DNA of 64,000 nt from Burkholderiales bacterium (GCA_035548375.1 DASZTG010000021.1:138646-202645), one strand, 5' to 3'. Positions 1-9,994 are shown, counted from the first letter of the stretch. A program made the numbers and translations. Notes: a model not told the origin generated them from the sequence alone.

Positions 1-501
1 CAGGCCGATCACCGCAGCTTTCGACGTGGAGTAGGGCGCGAAGTAGGGGCTGCCGTTCTTGCCGGCAATGGAGGCAAGGTTGATGATGCGGCCGTACTTC
101 TGCGCGATCATGACTGGGATCACCGCGCGACTGCACAGGTAGACGCCGTCGACGTTGATCGCCATGACCTTGCGCCACTCGTCGAGCGGGTATTCCCAGC
201 TACGGCGCACGTTGCCCGAGATGCCGGCGTTGTTGACGAGGATGTCGATGCGCCCGAGGTTCTTCTGCGCCGCAGTGGCCGCGGAATTCACCTGGGTTTC
301 GTTGGTCACGTCGACGACGGCGGTGTTGACCTTCCCCTTGCCGCGCAGCTTCATGGCGGCGTCTTCCAGCGCGCCGCGATCCATGTCCCACATCGAGACG
401 GCGGCGCCGCCTTCGAGGAATTTCTCGGTGATCGCGAGGCCCAGTCCGCGTGCCGCGCCGGTGACGATGGCCACGCGGCCCTTGAAGTCGATGTTGTTCA
501 T
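1..501 (-). CDS. Short-chain dehydrogenase/reductase (FabG-like), first 167 codons; 3' end lies beyond the left edge
   Basis: Reverse translation from ATG (complement of 499-501) gives MNNIDFKGRVAIVTGAARGLGLAI... It has the TGxxxGxG dinucleotide motif, NNAG, and the YSTSK (YxxxK) catalytic motif. Absent from the ORF track because there is no stop inside the window. Its start overlaps the stop of the upstream RraA gene (TGATG). Confidence 0.85.
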   Translation of the reverse strand, partial: MNNIDFKGRVAIVTGAARGLGLAITEKFLEGGAAVSMWDMDRGALEDAAMKLRGKGKVNTAVVDVTNETQVNSAATAAQKNLGRIDILVNNAGISGNVRRSWEYPLDEWRKVMAINVDGVYLCSRAVIPVMIAQKYGRIINLASIAGKNGSPYFAPYSTSKAAVIGL

Positions 502-1145
502 CAGAATTTCCCGAACTTGAGATAGGCCTCCTGCGGGTCCATGCCCTCGAGGATGGCTCGGCGCACCTTGCTCTCGGTTTGCAGCACCTCCTCGGTCTTG
601 CTCACCACTTGCTCCGCGATCTTGCCGGGAATGATGACGACACCGTCACGGTCGGCCAGCAGCCAGTCGCCGGTGCTGATTTTAACCTCGCCGATCGTCA
701 CCGGCTCGCCGAAGTGGTCCGGCACCCAGCGGCCGACGATGTCGGCCGGCGTGTTGAAGCTGCAGAACACCGGGAAGCCCAGCTTGAGGATGAAGTCCGT
801 GTCGCGGCAACCGCCGTCGACCACGTAACCGAGCACGCCCTTGTGGTGCAGCGTCTCGGCGGAAAGCTCGCCCATCAGCGCGACCATATGCGTATTCGGC
901 TGGCAGACCATGACCTTGCCCGAAGGCGCCTTTGACAACAGCCCCGTCCACTGCACCAGGGTGTCGTGCGCGTCGCGCGTCTGGTCGATGCGACCGCTGA
1001 CGGTGTACACCTCGCCGGCCAGTTTCCTGGTCGGATCCAGTGGCTTGATGGCGGGTGGCAGCACGCACTTGCCGTGACCCATGCCGCGCAGCACGTCGTG
1101 GACTGCTGCGGCGTAGCATTTTTCGAGACGCTTCGTTAAGTCCAT
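501..1145 (-). CDS. RraA-family protein (RraA / HMG-aldolase-like)
   Basis: Track ORF 501..1193. Internal ATG at 1145 (MDLTKRLEKCYAAAVHDVLRG...) is preceded by GGGAGTGAG. GYVVDGGCRDTD and the overall length are typical of the RraA/demethylmenaquinone-methyltransferase-like fold. Confidence 0.75.
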   Translation of the reverse strand: MDLTKRLEKCYAAAVHDVLRGMGHGKCVLPPAIKPLDPTRKLAGEVYTVSGRIDQTRDAHDTLVQWTGLLSKAPSGKVMVCQPNTHMVALMGELSAETLHHKGVLGYVVDGGCRDTDFILKLGFPVFCSFNTPADIVGRWVPDHFGEPVTIGEVKISTGDWLLADRDGVVIIPGKIAEQVVSKTEEVLQTESKVRRAILEGMDPQEAYLKFGKF

Positions 1146-1190
1146 ATTTTTGTTCTCACTCCCGGGATAAGACCTACGACCTAAGGACAC

Positions 1191-1231
1191 CACCCAACGC
1201 AGAGGCGCAGAGGACGCAAAGGACGCAAAGC
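1191..1231. repeat. Cassette 1: solo arm of the CRCRRAGRR inverted-repeat family
   Basis: cacccaacgcagaggcgcagaggacgcaaaggacgcaaagc has the same terminus (CACCCAACGCA) and 9-nt units as the arms at 16985, 19362, 33399 and 35656. No partner arm was found up to 2168. Confidence 0.7.
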
Positions 1232-1456
1232 AAAATCATTAGGAATGGTACAGAGATTGGCGACGAGTTGAATTACAGCCACGAGTGGTGACAAAAGAAG
1301 AACGGGCTTATGCTATATGGGTACTGTAAATTTGGCAGTGGGTAATACGGCCGTTAAATGGCCGTAGGAGCGCAGCATTGTGAATAGAGGGCAGTCATTT
1401 GTCAGGTTAGCGGCTGGTGATACCTTAATTTCGACGTCTATGTAGGCTTTGTTGTT

Positions 1457-2014
1457 ATGAACGCGATCGATCCGCATCACTTTGATTCCATTCTTCGAGC
1501 CGTGCTCCAGGAGAGGCAAGCGATCGTATCCACTCATTGGAACGGCGCGCTCACACCCTTTACAACGCTTATGAAAACTGTGGTCCTGCCCGAAGTCGGT
1601 AGACGCCTTGGGCTTATACCTCATCCCTCCGAATACTATTCACTGGACTGTATCTATTTATCAGAGTACGACACAGAGCATTTTGGATCTGAGTCCGGGT
1701 ATCCGAAAGCATTCTCAGTAATCATCGAGCACGAAAACAATTCCAAGCAGTCTTGCGAAGAAATGAGCAAACTCCTCCTATTCAATTCGCCCTTGAAGGT
1801 GCTCATTACATATGCGCGCGCCGGGGAGGATCTGGAGGATCTTTTGGCGCGCTACGGCAAAATGATTGAAAACAGTGGAACAGCTGCGCTTGCCGTGAGC
1901 TCACAGAGAATTCTCGTCGTATTCGGCGATAATCCCGCAGGCAGTCCAACTTGGCGCTCGTACCTATACAATTACAGCGGCTTCATCGAGATTTCACCGC
2001 ATCTTCTCAAATAA
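1457..2014 (+). CDS. Hypothetical protein (185 aa) in a low-GC island
   Basis: Only long ORF in the visibly AT-richer stretch 1232-2168. No family recognised. The strand pattern LDCIYLSE / SVIIEHENNSK / KVLITYA / ILVVFGD could be a PD-(D/E)XK-like core, which is weak inference. Confidence 0.5.
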   Translation: MNAIDPHHFDSILRAVLQERQAIVSTHWNGALTPFTTLMKTVVLPEVGRRLGLIPHPSEYYSLDCIYLSEYDTEHFGSESGYPKAFSVIIEHENNSKQSCEEMSKLLLFNSPLKVLITYARAGEDLEDLLARYGKMIENSGTAALAVSSQRILVVFGDNPAGSPTWRSYLYNYSGFIEISPHLLK

Positions 2015-2168
2015 TAATTAGGGCAGGGGACAGTCCACCTTGTGGTGCTTAACAAGTGAAGATCAATTGCGGGCCGTATTCCTGGAATCCAAACTGCCTG
2101 CTTCCTGTCTCAAAGTTATTCACCCTAAGCTAGCGTTATCGCTTTTATAAGTCAGACCGATTCCGCTC

Positions 2169-3407
2169 ATGAGAATAACTAAAACGCTGCGAGCCCTGCT
2201 CGTCGTGGCCGCCTGTACATGCGCATCCCTCTGTGCTGCACAAGAGCCCATCAAGATCGCTCTTCTGGAACCGCTGAGCGGCCCCTTCGGTCTCGTCGGC
2301 GAAAGCATCAGCCGGCACATGCAGGCCGCGGTGGACGAGGTGAACGAGCACGGCGGCGTATTGGGCGGGACGAAGCTCGAGCTCATGCGCATGGACGACA
2401 AGCTCAGCCCGCAGGAGGGCGTGCTGCTGCTGAAGCATGCGATCGATGAGAAGGTGCGCATCGTCACGCTGGCTTCCGGCTCCAACATCGCGCACGCGCT
2501 GATCGAATCGATCGCCAAGCACAACGCCCGCAATCCGTCGGAGTCGGTGCTGTTCCTGAATTTCGGCGCGATGGACCCGGCGCTCACCAACGAGAAGTGC
2601 AACTTCTGGCATTTCCGCTTCGAGCCGAATACCGACATGAAGCTGAATGCCTTGACGGCTTACATGGCACACCAGCGGAAAATCCACGAGGTGTACTTGC
2701 TGAACGAGGACTTCGCCTACGGCCAGGCCATCAGCCGCGGGGCGAAGGAGCAACTGGCGCAGCGTCGCCCGGACGTCAAGATCGTCGGCGATGACCTGCA
2801 TCCTCTGCTCAAGGTGAAGGATTTCTCGCCCTATGTCGCGAAGGTCAAGGCGTCCGGCGCGGATTCACTGGTCACGGGAAATGGCGGGCCGGACATTTAC
2901 CTGCTGGTGAAGGCGGGCAAGGACGCGGGCCTCGACATCAATTACTACACGCTCAACGCCCATACCATCGGCGTTGCCGCTGCCATCGGCGGGGCGGGGG
3001 CCGACCGCATCAACCAGGTCCTGGCCTGGCACTCGAATGTTTCGCCCAACAAGCTGGAAGAGACCGCCGCCCGCTACAAGAAGCGCTTCAACGAGGATTA
3101 CTGGTACTACACGGCGAAGGTCGAGGTGGACATGCTGGTGAAGGCGATCAACCAGGCGCAGTCTGCGGATTCGCTCAAGATCGCGAAGGCGCTCGAAGGC
3201 CTGCGCATGCAAGGCGATACGGGCGAGCTGTGGATGCGAGCGGAGGACCATCAACTCGTGCAGCCTCTTTACGTGGCCACGTACAGGAAGGTGACGCCGC
3301 CGGCACACGACGTGGAAGGCATCGGATACGGCTGGCAGACCGATACCCGCATGGAAGGAAATGACACTGCCGTGCCGACCACCTGCAAGATGGAGCGGCC
3401 GGAATAG
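2169..3407 (+). CDS. Periplasmic substrate-binding protein, LivK/Peripla_BP_6 type (branched-chain amino acid/amide family), orphan
   Basis: Signal peptide MRITKTLRALLVVAACTCASLCAAQEP. IKIALLEPLSGPFG... and the length are typical of the Leu/Ile/Val-binding family. No adjacent permease genes. Confidence 0.8.
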   Translation: MRITKTLRALLVVAACTCASLCAAQEPIKIALLEPLSGPFGLVGESISRHMQAAVDEVNEHGGVLGGTKLELMRMDDKLSPQEGVLLLKHAIDEKVRIVTLASGSNIAHALIESIAKHNARNPSESVLFLNFGAMDPALTNEKCNFWHFRFEPNTDMKLNALTAYMAHQRKIHEVYLLNEDFAYGQAISRGAKEQLAQRRPDVKIVGDDLHPLLKVKDFSPYVAKVKASGADSLVTGNGGPDIYLLVKAGKDAGLDINYYTLNAHTIGVAAAIGGAGADRINQVLAWHSNVSPNKLEETAARYKKRFNEDYWYYTAKVEVDMLVKAINQAQSADSLKIAKALEGLRMQGDTGELWMRAEDHQLVQPLYVATYRKVTPPAHDVEGIGYGWQTDTRMEGNDTAVPTTCKMERPE

Positions 3408-3435
3408 CGTTGCCAGAACGCGTTCGCGGAGCGGC

Positions 3436-3921
3436 ATGCAAATCGAAGTCTTCAATCCGGCCTACGCGCAGGGCGTCGTCGACACCATCCTTCCCATCCA
3501 GCGCGAGGAATTCGGCATCCGGATATCCATCGACGACCAGCCGGATCTGAAGGACATCCCCGGTTTCTACCAGCGCGGTGCAGGCAACTTCTGGGTTGCA
3601 GTCGAGGACGATGCGGTCATCGGCACGATCGCGCTTCTGGACATCGGCAACAGGCAGGCCGCGTTGCGCAAGATGTTCGTGGCGAAGCCGTTTCGCGGTT
3701 CGGCCCGCAACGTCGCGCGTCAATTGCTGGATACGCTGATGCAGTGGTCGCGCGATCGAGGCATCGCGCAAATCTACCTCGGCACGACGCCCGCCTTCCA
3801 GGCCGCGCATCGCTTCTACGAAAAGCACGGATTCGTGGAAATCGCGAAAGAAGTGCTGCCCCCGGCTTTCCCGGTCATGAAGGTCGATACGAAGTTCTAC
3901 CTGCTTGCGCTGGCGCCGTAG
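3436..3921 (+). CDS. GNAT-family N-acetyltransferase
   Basis: ATG at 3436 inside track ORF 3361..3921. AVIGTIALLD...RKMFVAKPFRGSARNVARQLL...HRFYEKHGF matches GNAT motifs A/B. Confidence 0.75.
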   Translation: MQIEVFNPAYAQGVVDTILPIQREEFGIRISIDDQPDLKDIPGFYQRGAGNFWVAVEDDAVIGTIALLDIGNRQAALRKMFVAKPFRGSARNVARQLLDTLMQWSRDRGIAQIYLGTTPAFQAAHRFYEKHGFVEIAKEVLPPAFPVMKVDTKFYLLALAP

Positions 3922-4000
3922 CCTCGCTGCAGCGCATCGACACTACGGCTATGGTTTGAATTAAGCTGGCGAAACCCGGTCCCCGATAACGCTTCAGGGA

Positions 4001-4297
4001 ATGCCAGCCATCATGAAAACCCGCCTTCTTGTTGCGCTCTTGTCGCTGATCGGTTCGCTCGCGCATGCGCAAACGCCGGTGTGCTCCGAATGGGAGTCGA
4101 AACTGAAAGTGGATATCAACGAGGCCAACGGCTGCGAGGCCGAATACCAGGCCTGCGTCGACCTCGGCCCCACCAATCCGATGCGGGAATTGAATTACTG
4201 CCGCAACCTGCAGGCGACGTGCGAATCACTGGATGGGCCGATCGAGAGCGACGAAGTCAAGCAGCAGGTGGAGGAATACAAGAAGCAGTGCTCGTAG
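4001..4297 (+). CDS. Small secreted cysteine-rich protein, unknown function
   Basis: Signal peptide MPAIMKTRLLVALLSLIGSLAHA/QTP, then about 73 residues with 7 Cys. An alternative ATG lies at 4013. Confidence 0.55.
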   Translation: MPAIMKTRLLVALLSLIGSLAHAQTPVCSEWESKLKVDINEANGCEAEYQACVDLGPTNPMRELNYCRNLQATCESLDGPIESDEVKQQVEEYKKQCS

Positions 4298-4331
4298 TCA
4301 TGACCTACTGGCAAAGGGAGCGTTGAAAACA

Positions 4332-5129
4332 ATGAGGAGATTGGAAGGTCAAACCGCGCTTGTGACCGGTGCCGGTCGCGGCATCGGCGCGGCGATGGCA
4401 CTCGCGTATGCGCGCGAGGGTGCACACGTGGCCGTGACGGACCTGAGCGAAGCCGGCATCAATGGGGTGGCGGAACAGGTCCGGGCGCTCGGCGTGCAGG
4501 CGGAAGCTTTCGTCGTCGACGTGCGCGAGCCCGCGCAAACGGCGGCGATGGTCGAGCGCGTGGCGAAGCGATTCGGCCGGCTGGACCACATGGTCAACAA
4601 CGCCGGCGTCATCCGCGTGAAATCTTTCCTGAATACGACACCGGAAGATTGGGATTTCATCCAGTCAGTCAACGTGCGCGGACTGTTCTTTGCGTTGCAA
4701 GCGGGTGCACGGCAGATGCTGAAGCAATCGCCGCTCGCCGAGGGCCGGCCCAACGGCAAGATCCTGAACCTGGCATCCATCGCCGGGCGTGGCGGCCGGC
4801 CGATGCTGGCAGCCTATGCGGCGAGCAAGGCCACCGTGATCAATATCACGCAGACCGCGGCGCTGGAGTTCGCGCCGCGCGTGGCCGTCAACGCGATCTG
4901 CCCTGGTCCGGTGGATACGGACATGTGGAAGCTGATCGACGACGAGTGGACGAAGATCGAAGGCAAGCCGCCCGGCGCGGTCTGGAAGGAACGCACGCGC
5001 GCGATTCCTATGGGCCGTCCCGAGAAACCCGACGACCTGACCGGCATGGCGGTTTTCCTCGCCAGCAAGGAAGCCGACTACATCACCGGGCAGTCGTTCA
5101 ACATCGACGGCGGGCTGGTGCCGATGTGA
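4332..5129 (+). CDS. SDR-family oxidoreductase
   Basis: ATG 4332 inside track ORF 4233..5129. TGAGRGIG, NNAG and YAASK motifs. Confidence 0.85.
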   Translation: MRRLEGQTALVTGAGRGIGAAMALAYAREGAHVAVTDLSEAGINGVAEQVRALGVQAEAFVVDVREPAQTAAMVERVAKRFGRLDHMVNNAGVIRVKSFLNTTPEDWDFIQSVNVRGLFFALQAGARQMLKQSPLAEGRPNGKILNLASIAGRGGRPMLAAYAASKATVINITQTAALEFAPRVAVNAICPGPVDTDMWKLIDDEWTKIEGKPPGAVWKERTRAIPMGRPEKPDDLTGMAVFLASKEADYITGQSFNIDGGLVPM

Positions 5130-5144
5130 AGCGGAAAGCCACCG

Positions 5145-5909
5145 CTATTCCAGTCCGGGCCGCCAATCGTCCCCGGGATTCCACTGGAACGACGTACGCG
5201 CAGTGACGCCCGGCTTCAAGCGGCGATCCGGCCCATAGTCCGCGAGCGGGTGGAAAAAGAGCGGCGCGTCCGCCAGCAAGGAGTCCAGCCGATTCCGCAA
5301 AGCGTCCAGCATAGCCACTCGTGCCGGCTCGTCGATCAGCCCGATGCCGTGCGCGATGAACGGCGGCAGCACGTCGAAGCCGACGTAGCGTAGTACCCCG
5401 TTCTGGAGCGGCCACAGGATGCGGTGGATGTCGCCGTCCATGCCGTCGGGCGCGAATACGCTTTCCCTTGCGCCGGTCGTGACGGATACCAGTGCCCGCC
5501 GTCCCTTCAACAGGCCGTCCTCGAATCTTTGCGTGGGCGTGTAGGCGAAGCCGTAGGTCATCACGCGGTCGATCCAGCCCTTCAGGATCGCCGGGGGGCC
5601 AAACCACCACATCGGGAATTGCAGTATGAGCACCTCGCACCAGCGCAATTTTTCCTGCTCTTCTTCGATTTGAGGCACGTAACCAGAACCGGCCAGGGCG
5701 TGCTTCATCTCTGCGCGATACTCGTAGACGTCGGGATTTGCCCTTTCCGTGTAATCGGCGGGCCCGGCCGAGGGATCGAATCGTTGGGCGTAGAGGTCCG
5801 AGACCCGGACCTGATGACCGCGTGCATTCAGATGATCCATCGCCGTCTGCAGCAGCGCGCCGTTGAAGGATTTCGGCTCCGGGTGGGCAAAAACGAATAG
5901 TATTTTCAT
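5145..5909 (-). CDS. NAD(P)H dehydrogenase (quinone), Flavodoxin_2/NQO1-like
   Basis: ATG at 5909 (MKILFVFAHPEPKSFNGAL...). LILQFPMWWFGPPAILKGWIDRV is the family hallmark. The upstream 75 codons of the track ORF are discarded. Confidence 0.8.
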   Translation of the reverse strand: MKILFVFAHPEPKSFNGALLQTAMDHLNARGHQVRVSDLYAQRFDPSAGPADYTERANPDVYEYRAEMKHALAGSGYVPQIEEEQEKLRWCEVLILQFPMWWFGPPAILKGWIDRVMTYGFAYTPTQRFEDGLLKGRRALVSVTTGARESVFAPDGMDGDIHRILWPLQNGVLRYVGFDVLPPFIAHGIGLIDEPARVAMLDALRNRLDSLLADAPLFFHPLADYGPDRRLKPGVTARTSFQWNPGDDWRPGLE

Positions 5910-5991
5910 GTTGTCGAAGGGGTTATTGACCGGTGATCCGGTCGCGCGAGGAACGCAATATGCCATGCTCGAAATTATCCGGCGCCGCTCG

Positions 5992-7632
5992 ATGCGAGGA
6001 AGGCCTGTGAATCGGAACCTGCACGTCGCCGCTTTCGTCTTCGTGGTCGCGATATTTTCCGCGGCCGCGTGGGCCGACGAGCATGCCGCGCATGCTCTGG
6101 GCAAGGTGGATTTCCCCGCGAGTTGCGCAAGCACGGTGCAAGTAGACTTCGATCGCGCGGTGGCCTTGCTGCATCACATGACGTATCCGCAGGCGCGCGA
6201 AGCGTTCGCGAAAATCGCGGCCGCCGATCCGGGTTGCGCGATGGCGCACTGGGGCATCGCCATGACGCTGTTCCAGCCATTGTGGCCGACGCGCCCCGAC
6301 CTGGATACGCGCGCGCGAGGATGGGATGAGGTGCAGAAGGCCATCGCGCTGAAGCCACCGACAGAGCGGGAACGCCTGTTCATCGCCGCGGCTGCCGCAT
6401 TTTTCCAGGAGCCGGCGTCGAACGACTATTGGCTACGAATTCGTCGCTGGGAGCAGGCCCAGAAACAAGCTGCCGACGCCTACCCGGATGACGACGAGGC
6501 CCTGGCGTTCTACGCGCTTGCGCATCTTGCAGTTGCGCCTGCGGATGCGACTGCGCGCCGCTATTCCGATGAATCCGCCGCCATGCTGATGCGCGTCTAT
6601 CGCCACAATCCCGATCATCCCGGCGCCATGCATTACCTCGTCCACGCGAACGATGTGCCCGGGCGGGAACGCGAATCGCTGGAGATCACGCGCAAGTACG
6701 AATCGGTCGCACCGCGCAATCCGCACGCGCTGCACATGCCCACCCACATTTACACGCGCCTCGGTGACTGGGACGGGGTGATTCGCGGGAACCTGCTTGC
6801 CGCGGATGCGGCGCTGGAATTTCCCGCGGGCGATCGCGGCCAATACGTCTGGGACGAGTTTCCGCATGCAATCGAATACCTGGTCTACGCCGATCTCCAG
6901 AAGGGCCGGGATACCGCTGCCGCGGCGCAAGTGCAGCGTTTGCGTGAAACGGCGAATCTCGAGCCCACTTTCAAGACGGCCTTCCACCAGGCATCGACGC
7001 AGGCGCGATATGCGCTGGAGCAACGCGACTGGGTCGCGGCGGCGGCGATCGTGCCGCGCGAACCCGCTTCCGTCGATTGGGATCGCTTTGCCTGGCCCGA
7101 AGCGATCTCCCGCTTCGCGCGCGGACTGGGCGCGGCTCACCTCGGCGACCTCGATGAAGCGCGGGCGCAGCGCGCGGCACTCCAGCGCCTCGAGGATGCA
7201 ATGGCCAAGGCGGGCGAGGACTTGTTCGCGCGCAACATTCGCATGCTCGGCCTCGAGCTGGCAGCCTGGCGCGCGCACATGGAAGGGAAATACGAATCCA
7301 GCATCGGGTTGATGATCGAGGCGTCCGAACTCGAGGCTTCCACGCCCAAGCATGCCGTGACGCCCGGCCCGACCTTGCCGGCCGACGAACAGCTGGGGGA
7401 CATGCTCATGGAGCAGGAGCAGGCGCCCGCCGCGCTCGTCGCCTACCAGCGCGCGCTCGAACACTACCCTCGCCGGTTCAACAGCCTGCTTGGCGCGGCC
7501 CGCGCGGCACGCACGGTTCGCAACGACGAAGCCGCGCGTGCCTTTTACCAGGAACTTCTTGCGGTGGCGGGCGACGGCGAGCGCAAGCCGGCCGTGCTGG
7601 AAGCCAGAAGCTTTCTGGCCCAAAAACGCTGA
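5992..7632 (+). CDS. Exported helical-repeat (TPR-like) protein, unknown function
   Basis: ATG 5992 gives MRGRPVNRNLHVAAFVFVVAIFSAAAWA, a signal-like N-terminus. The protein is long and Ala/Leu-rich with repeated helical character. The start is uncertain; 5965 is an alternative. Confidence 0.55.
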   Translation: MRGRPVNRNLHVAAFVFVVAIFSAAAWADEHAAHALGKVDFPASCASTVQVDFDRAVALLHHMTYPQAREAFAKIAAADPGCAMAHWGIAMTLFQPLWPTRPDLDTRARGWDEVQKAIALKPPTERERLFIAAAAAFFQEPASNDYWLRIRRWEQAQKQAADAYPDDDEALAFYALAHLAVAPADATARRYSDESAAMLMRVYRHNPDHPGAMHYLVHANDVPGRERESLEITRKYESVAPRNPHALHMPTHIYTRLGDWDGVIRGNLLAADAALEFPAGDRGQYVWDEFPHAIEYLVYADLQKGRDTAAAAQVQRLRETANLEPTFKTAFHQASTQARYALEQRDWVAAAAIVPREPASVDWDRFAWPEAISRFARGLGAAHLGDLDEARAQRAALQRLEDAMAKAGEDLFARNIRMLGLELAAWRAHMEGKYESSIGLMIEASELEASTPKHAVTPGPTLPADEQLGDMLMEQEQAPAALVAYQRALEHYPRRFNSLLGAARAARTVRNDEAARAFYQELLAVAGDGERKPAVLEARSFLAQKR

Positions 7633-7681
7633 CAATAATGGTACGCAGCAAGATACCTTCACGAATATCGCGAATCCAATC

Positions 7682-8404
7682 ATGCCAAGAACCCTGACCC
7701 GCTTTCTGATTCTCTCTTTTCTCCTTGCCAGCGGTGCCGCCCTGGCGCAAAACGCCAACGAAGAGGCGGTCCAGCGAGTCGCGCAATCGCACGATCCGGC
7801 GATGTTCCTGGCAACCGGCGCGCTGTACGTGAAGCAGGAGGCCGTTCGCGCGAATGGCGGCAAGGCGCTGCCACCGGAACTGGATGCCGAAGTCGAGCGA
7901 TTGATCGACGCCGAGGTGCGCGATCCCGCGTGGTTCCGCGAAACGCTCGCAAAGGTCATCGCCGAATCGTTTTCCGCCGAGGAAGCCGATACCATCGCCA
8001 CCCACTTCGAAACCCCGGGCGGGAAACTGCAGCGCCGCACCGTCGAGCTGGCGGTAAGCGAAGTGCTGGCGAATATCTATACCTTCACCAACAAGATCGA
8101 CTACCAGCTGGCGGCGGCGTCGAAGCGCGAGATGGATGACTTGCACAAGGCCGCGGGACCGATGCGCGGCACCTGCAATTGCCCCACGCCCAAGGAGCGC
8201 GAGGAGATGCAGCGGGTTTCCAACGGCGCGCCGCTGGAAGGTCCGGCCGACTTGTCAAAATATCCGGAGGCGGTGAAGTTCGCCAACAGCGCGCTCGGCA
8301 TCAAGTACATGAAGACCCTGACGCTGCAAGGCATTTCTGCGATGAACTCGCACTTCGAAACCGCGGCGAAGCATGCCCGCGATCTCGTGGCGGCGGGGCG
8401 CTAG
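7682..8404 (+). CDS. Periplasmic hypothetical protein
   Basis: ATG 7682 gives MPRTLTRFLILSFLLASGAALA/QN, a signal peptide. No family recognised. Confidence 0.55.
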   Translation: MPRTLTRFLILSFLLASGAALAQNANEEAVQRVAQSHDPAMFLATGALYVKQEAVRANGGKALPPELDAEVERLIDAEVRDPAWFRETLAKVIAESFSAEEADTIATHFETPGGKLQRRTVELAVSEVLANIYTFTNKIDYQLAAASKREMDDLHKAAGPMRGTCNCPTPKEREEMQRVSNGAPLEGPADLSKYPEAVKFANSALGIKYMKTLTLQGISAMNSHFETAAKHARDLVAAGR

Positions 8405-8418
8405 CGAGGAAGTGCAGC

Positions 8419-9477
8419 TTAACCGACGACCTTGTGGTGGCCGGGATCGAGCACCGGATCCGCGATCCTGTTCGCCATGCGCGCGCGAATCCGCTTGCGC
8501 AGGGCAATCACGGGCTTCTCGACGTATTCGAAGGAAATCCAGGAAGACAGCAGGCACGACCCCACGAGCAGCAGGAAGTTGAGCTTGTCCACCAGGTCGA
8601 TGTCGAAATAGAGGAAGAGCCAGATGAACAGGAAGTGGTTCAGGAATACGCCGTAGCTCAGATTGCCGCACATCGTATCGAACGCGCCGCTCTTCACGTT
8701 ACGCAGCACCGTGACGATCGGCAGGCCGATGAGGAAGCCGCAGAGCACTTCCGGAATGTAGGGCTCCTGCGATGACGCCGAGAGCGAATGCAGGAAGAAC
8801 AACACGGCAAGCAGCAGCCAGACGGCCTTCAGTTGGCGTTCGCTGATCGCTTCCTTCGAATCGAGCAGGCTGCCGCAAAGGAAGAAGAACAGCGTGCCCG
8901 GGATCAGGCGATAGCCGAAGATCACCGGATCGAGGATGTGGAAGACGGCGAGCGCGAAAATGCCGAGCGACAGGAACAGCGCCGTCGCCCGAAATTTGCC
9001 CGCCAAGATGATCGGGATCAGGACGTAGAAGCACATTTCCAGCGCCAGCGACCATGTTTGTGGCATGAGCACGCTGTCCGACAGGCCGACCATCCAGTTG
9101 ATGTTCAGCGGGAACACCAGCATGTTCAGGACGAACTTCTCGAACGTCACGCCGCCGACCCAGTGATTGGCGGGATGGATCAGCAGCACGACGATGAGGC
9201 TCAAAACGAGGTAGAACAGGAATTGCGGATACAGCCGCATCAGGCGATCGAGATAGAAGTACCGAATTCCCCGCCATCCGGAATAGTGCTTCTCGATCTG
9301 CGCCGTCATGACGAAGCCGCTCAGCAGGAAAAACGAGATGACGGCGAATACGCCCTCGTTGCGGCTGAAAAAATAGACGCCGAAATGGGAAAGGAAAACC
9401 AGCAGGGCAAGAATCAGTCGGTAAGTACCCATCATCGACAACTCGTCGGCAGTTGCTTTTCCCGCATGCATCTCCAT
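8419..9477 (-). CDS. Membrane acyltransferase (Acyltransferase_3 family)
   Basis: About 10 predicted TM helices. LALLVFLSHF...FFLLSGFVM...QTWSLALEMCFY is typical of the family. The start is uncertain (ATG 9477 MEMHAG.. or 9435 MMGTYRL). Confidence 0.75.
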   Translation of the reverse strand: MEMHAGKATADELSMMGTYRLILALLVFLSHFGVYFFSRNEGVFAVISFFLLSGFVMTAQIEKHYSGWRGIRYFYLDRLMRLYPQFLFYLVLSLIVVLLIHPANHWVGGVTFEKFVLNMLVFPLNINWMVGLSDSVLMPQTWSLALEMCFYVLIPIILAGKFRATALFLSLGIFALAVFHILDPVIFGYRLIPGTLFFFLCGSLLDSKEAISERQLKAVWLLLAVLFFLHSLSASSQEPYIPEVLCGFLIGLPIVTVLRNVKSGAFDTMCGNLSYGVFLNHFLFIWLFLYFDIDLVDKLNFLLLVGSCLLSSWISFEYVEKPVIALRKRIRARMANRIADPVLDPGHHKVVG

Positions 9478-9994
9478 CGAGATGCGATTTTGGTGAACTG
9501 GAGTAACCCGGAGGGAGTGCGGGTCCAGCCAGCTCACGAAGTTGCAGCCATCATGACCGATTGACCTTACGTCAATCTTTTTACATCGATTTTTTCTTTT
9601 AGTCGGTCGACATGGCACCGGCGTTCGATCGACCGGCGGCAGGAAACGTGTCGCGTGAAGCGCAAATTCATGTGCGGTTCCCTGGCGAACCGGTGCGCCG
9701 CAGGTCTGGGCTGGACTTCGGCCCTTGCCGCCGAAATGGCAGCCCCACAGAATCATGATCTCGATTCCTTACTGTCAGCTTACGTACGTATGCCAAGTGC
9801 CTATCCGCAAGGTAGTTTATGCCGCATGGGTGAGGTTATCGCGCCCGGGGATTGGCCTCCGATGCCCCTCCTCGTGACTCGACCGGGATGGGTGCTGGCT
9901 GTTAGCCTTTCCTGCGCTGCTGCGAGATTTGGCACGACATATCAAACACTTGTAGGAATTTGCCGTTGCAGCCGCGGCGCGACCAGGAGACATC

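Noticed and set aside
8419-9477. Acyltransferase gene as a horizontally acquired island
   Set aside because: By eye its GC content is only modestly lower than its surroundings, which is expected for a hydrophobic membrane protein. There are no flanking repeats or mobility genes.
9613-9628. Possible sigma-54 promoter tggcaccggcgttcga
   Set aside because: The -12 element reads TTCG, not TTGC. The site lies about 380 nt from the nearest + strand start, so the support is insufficient.
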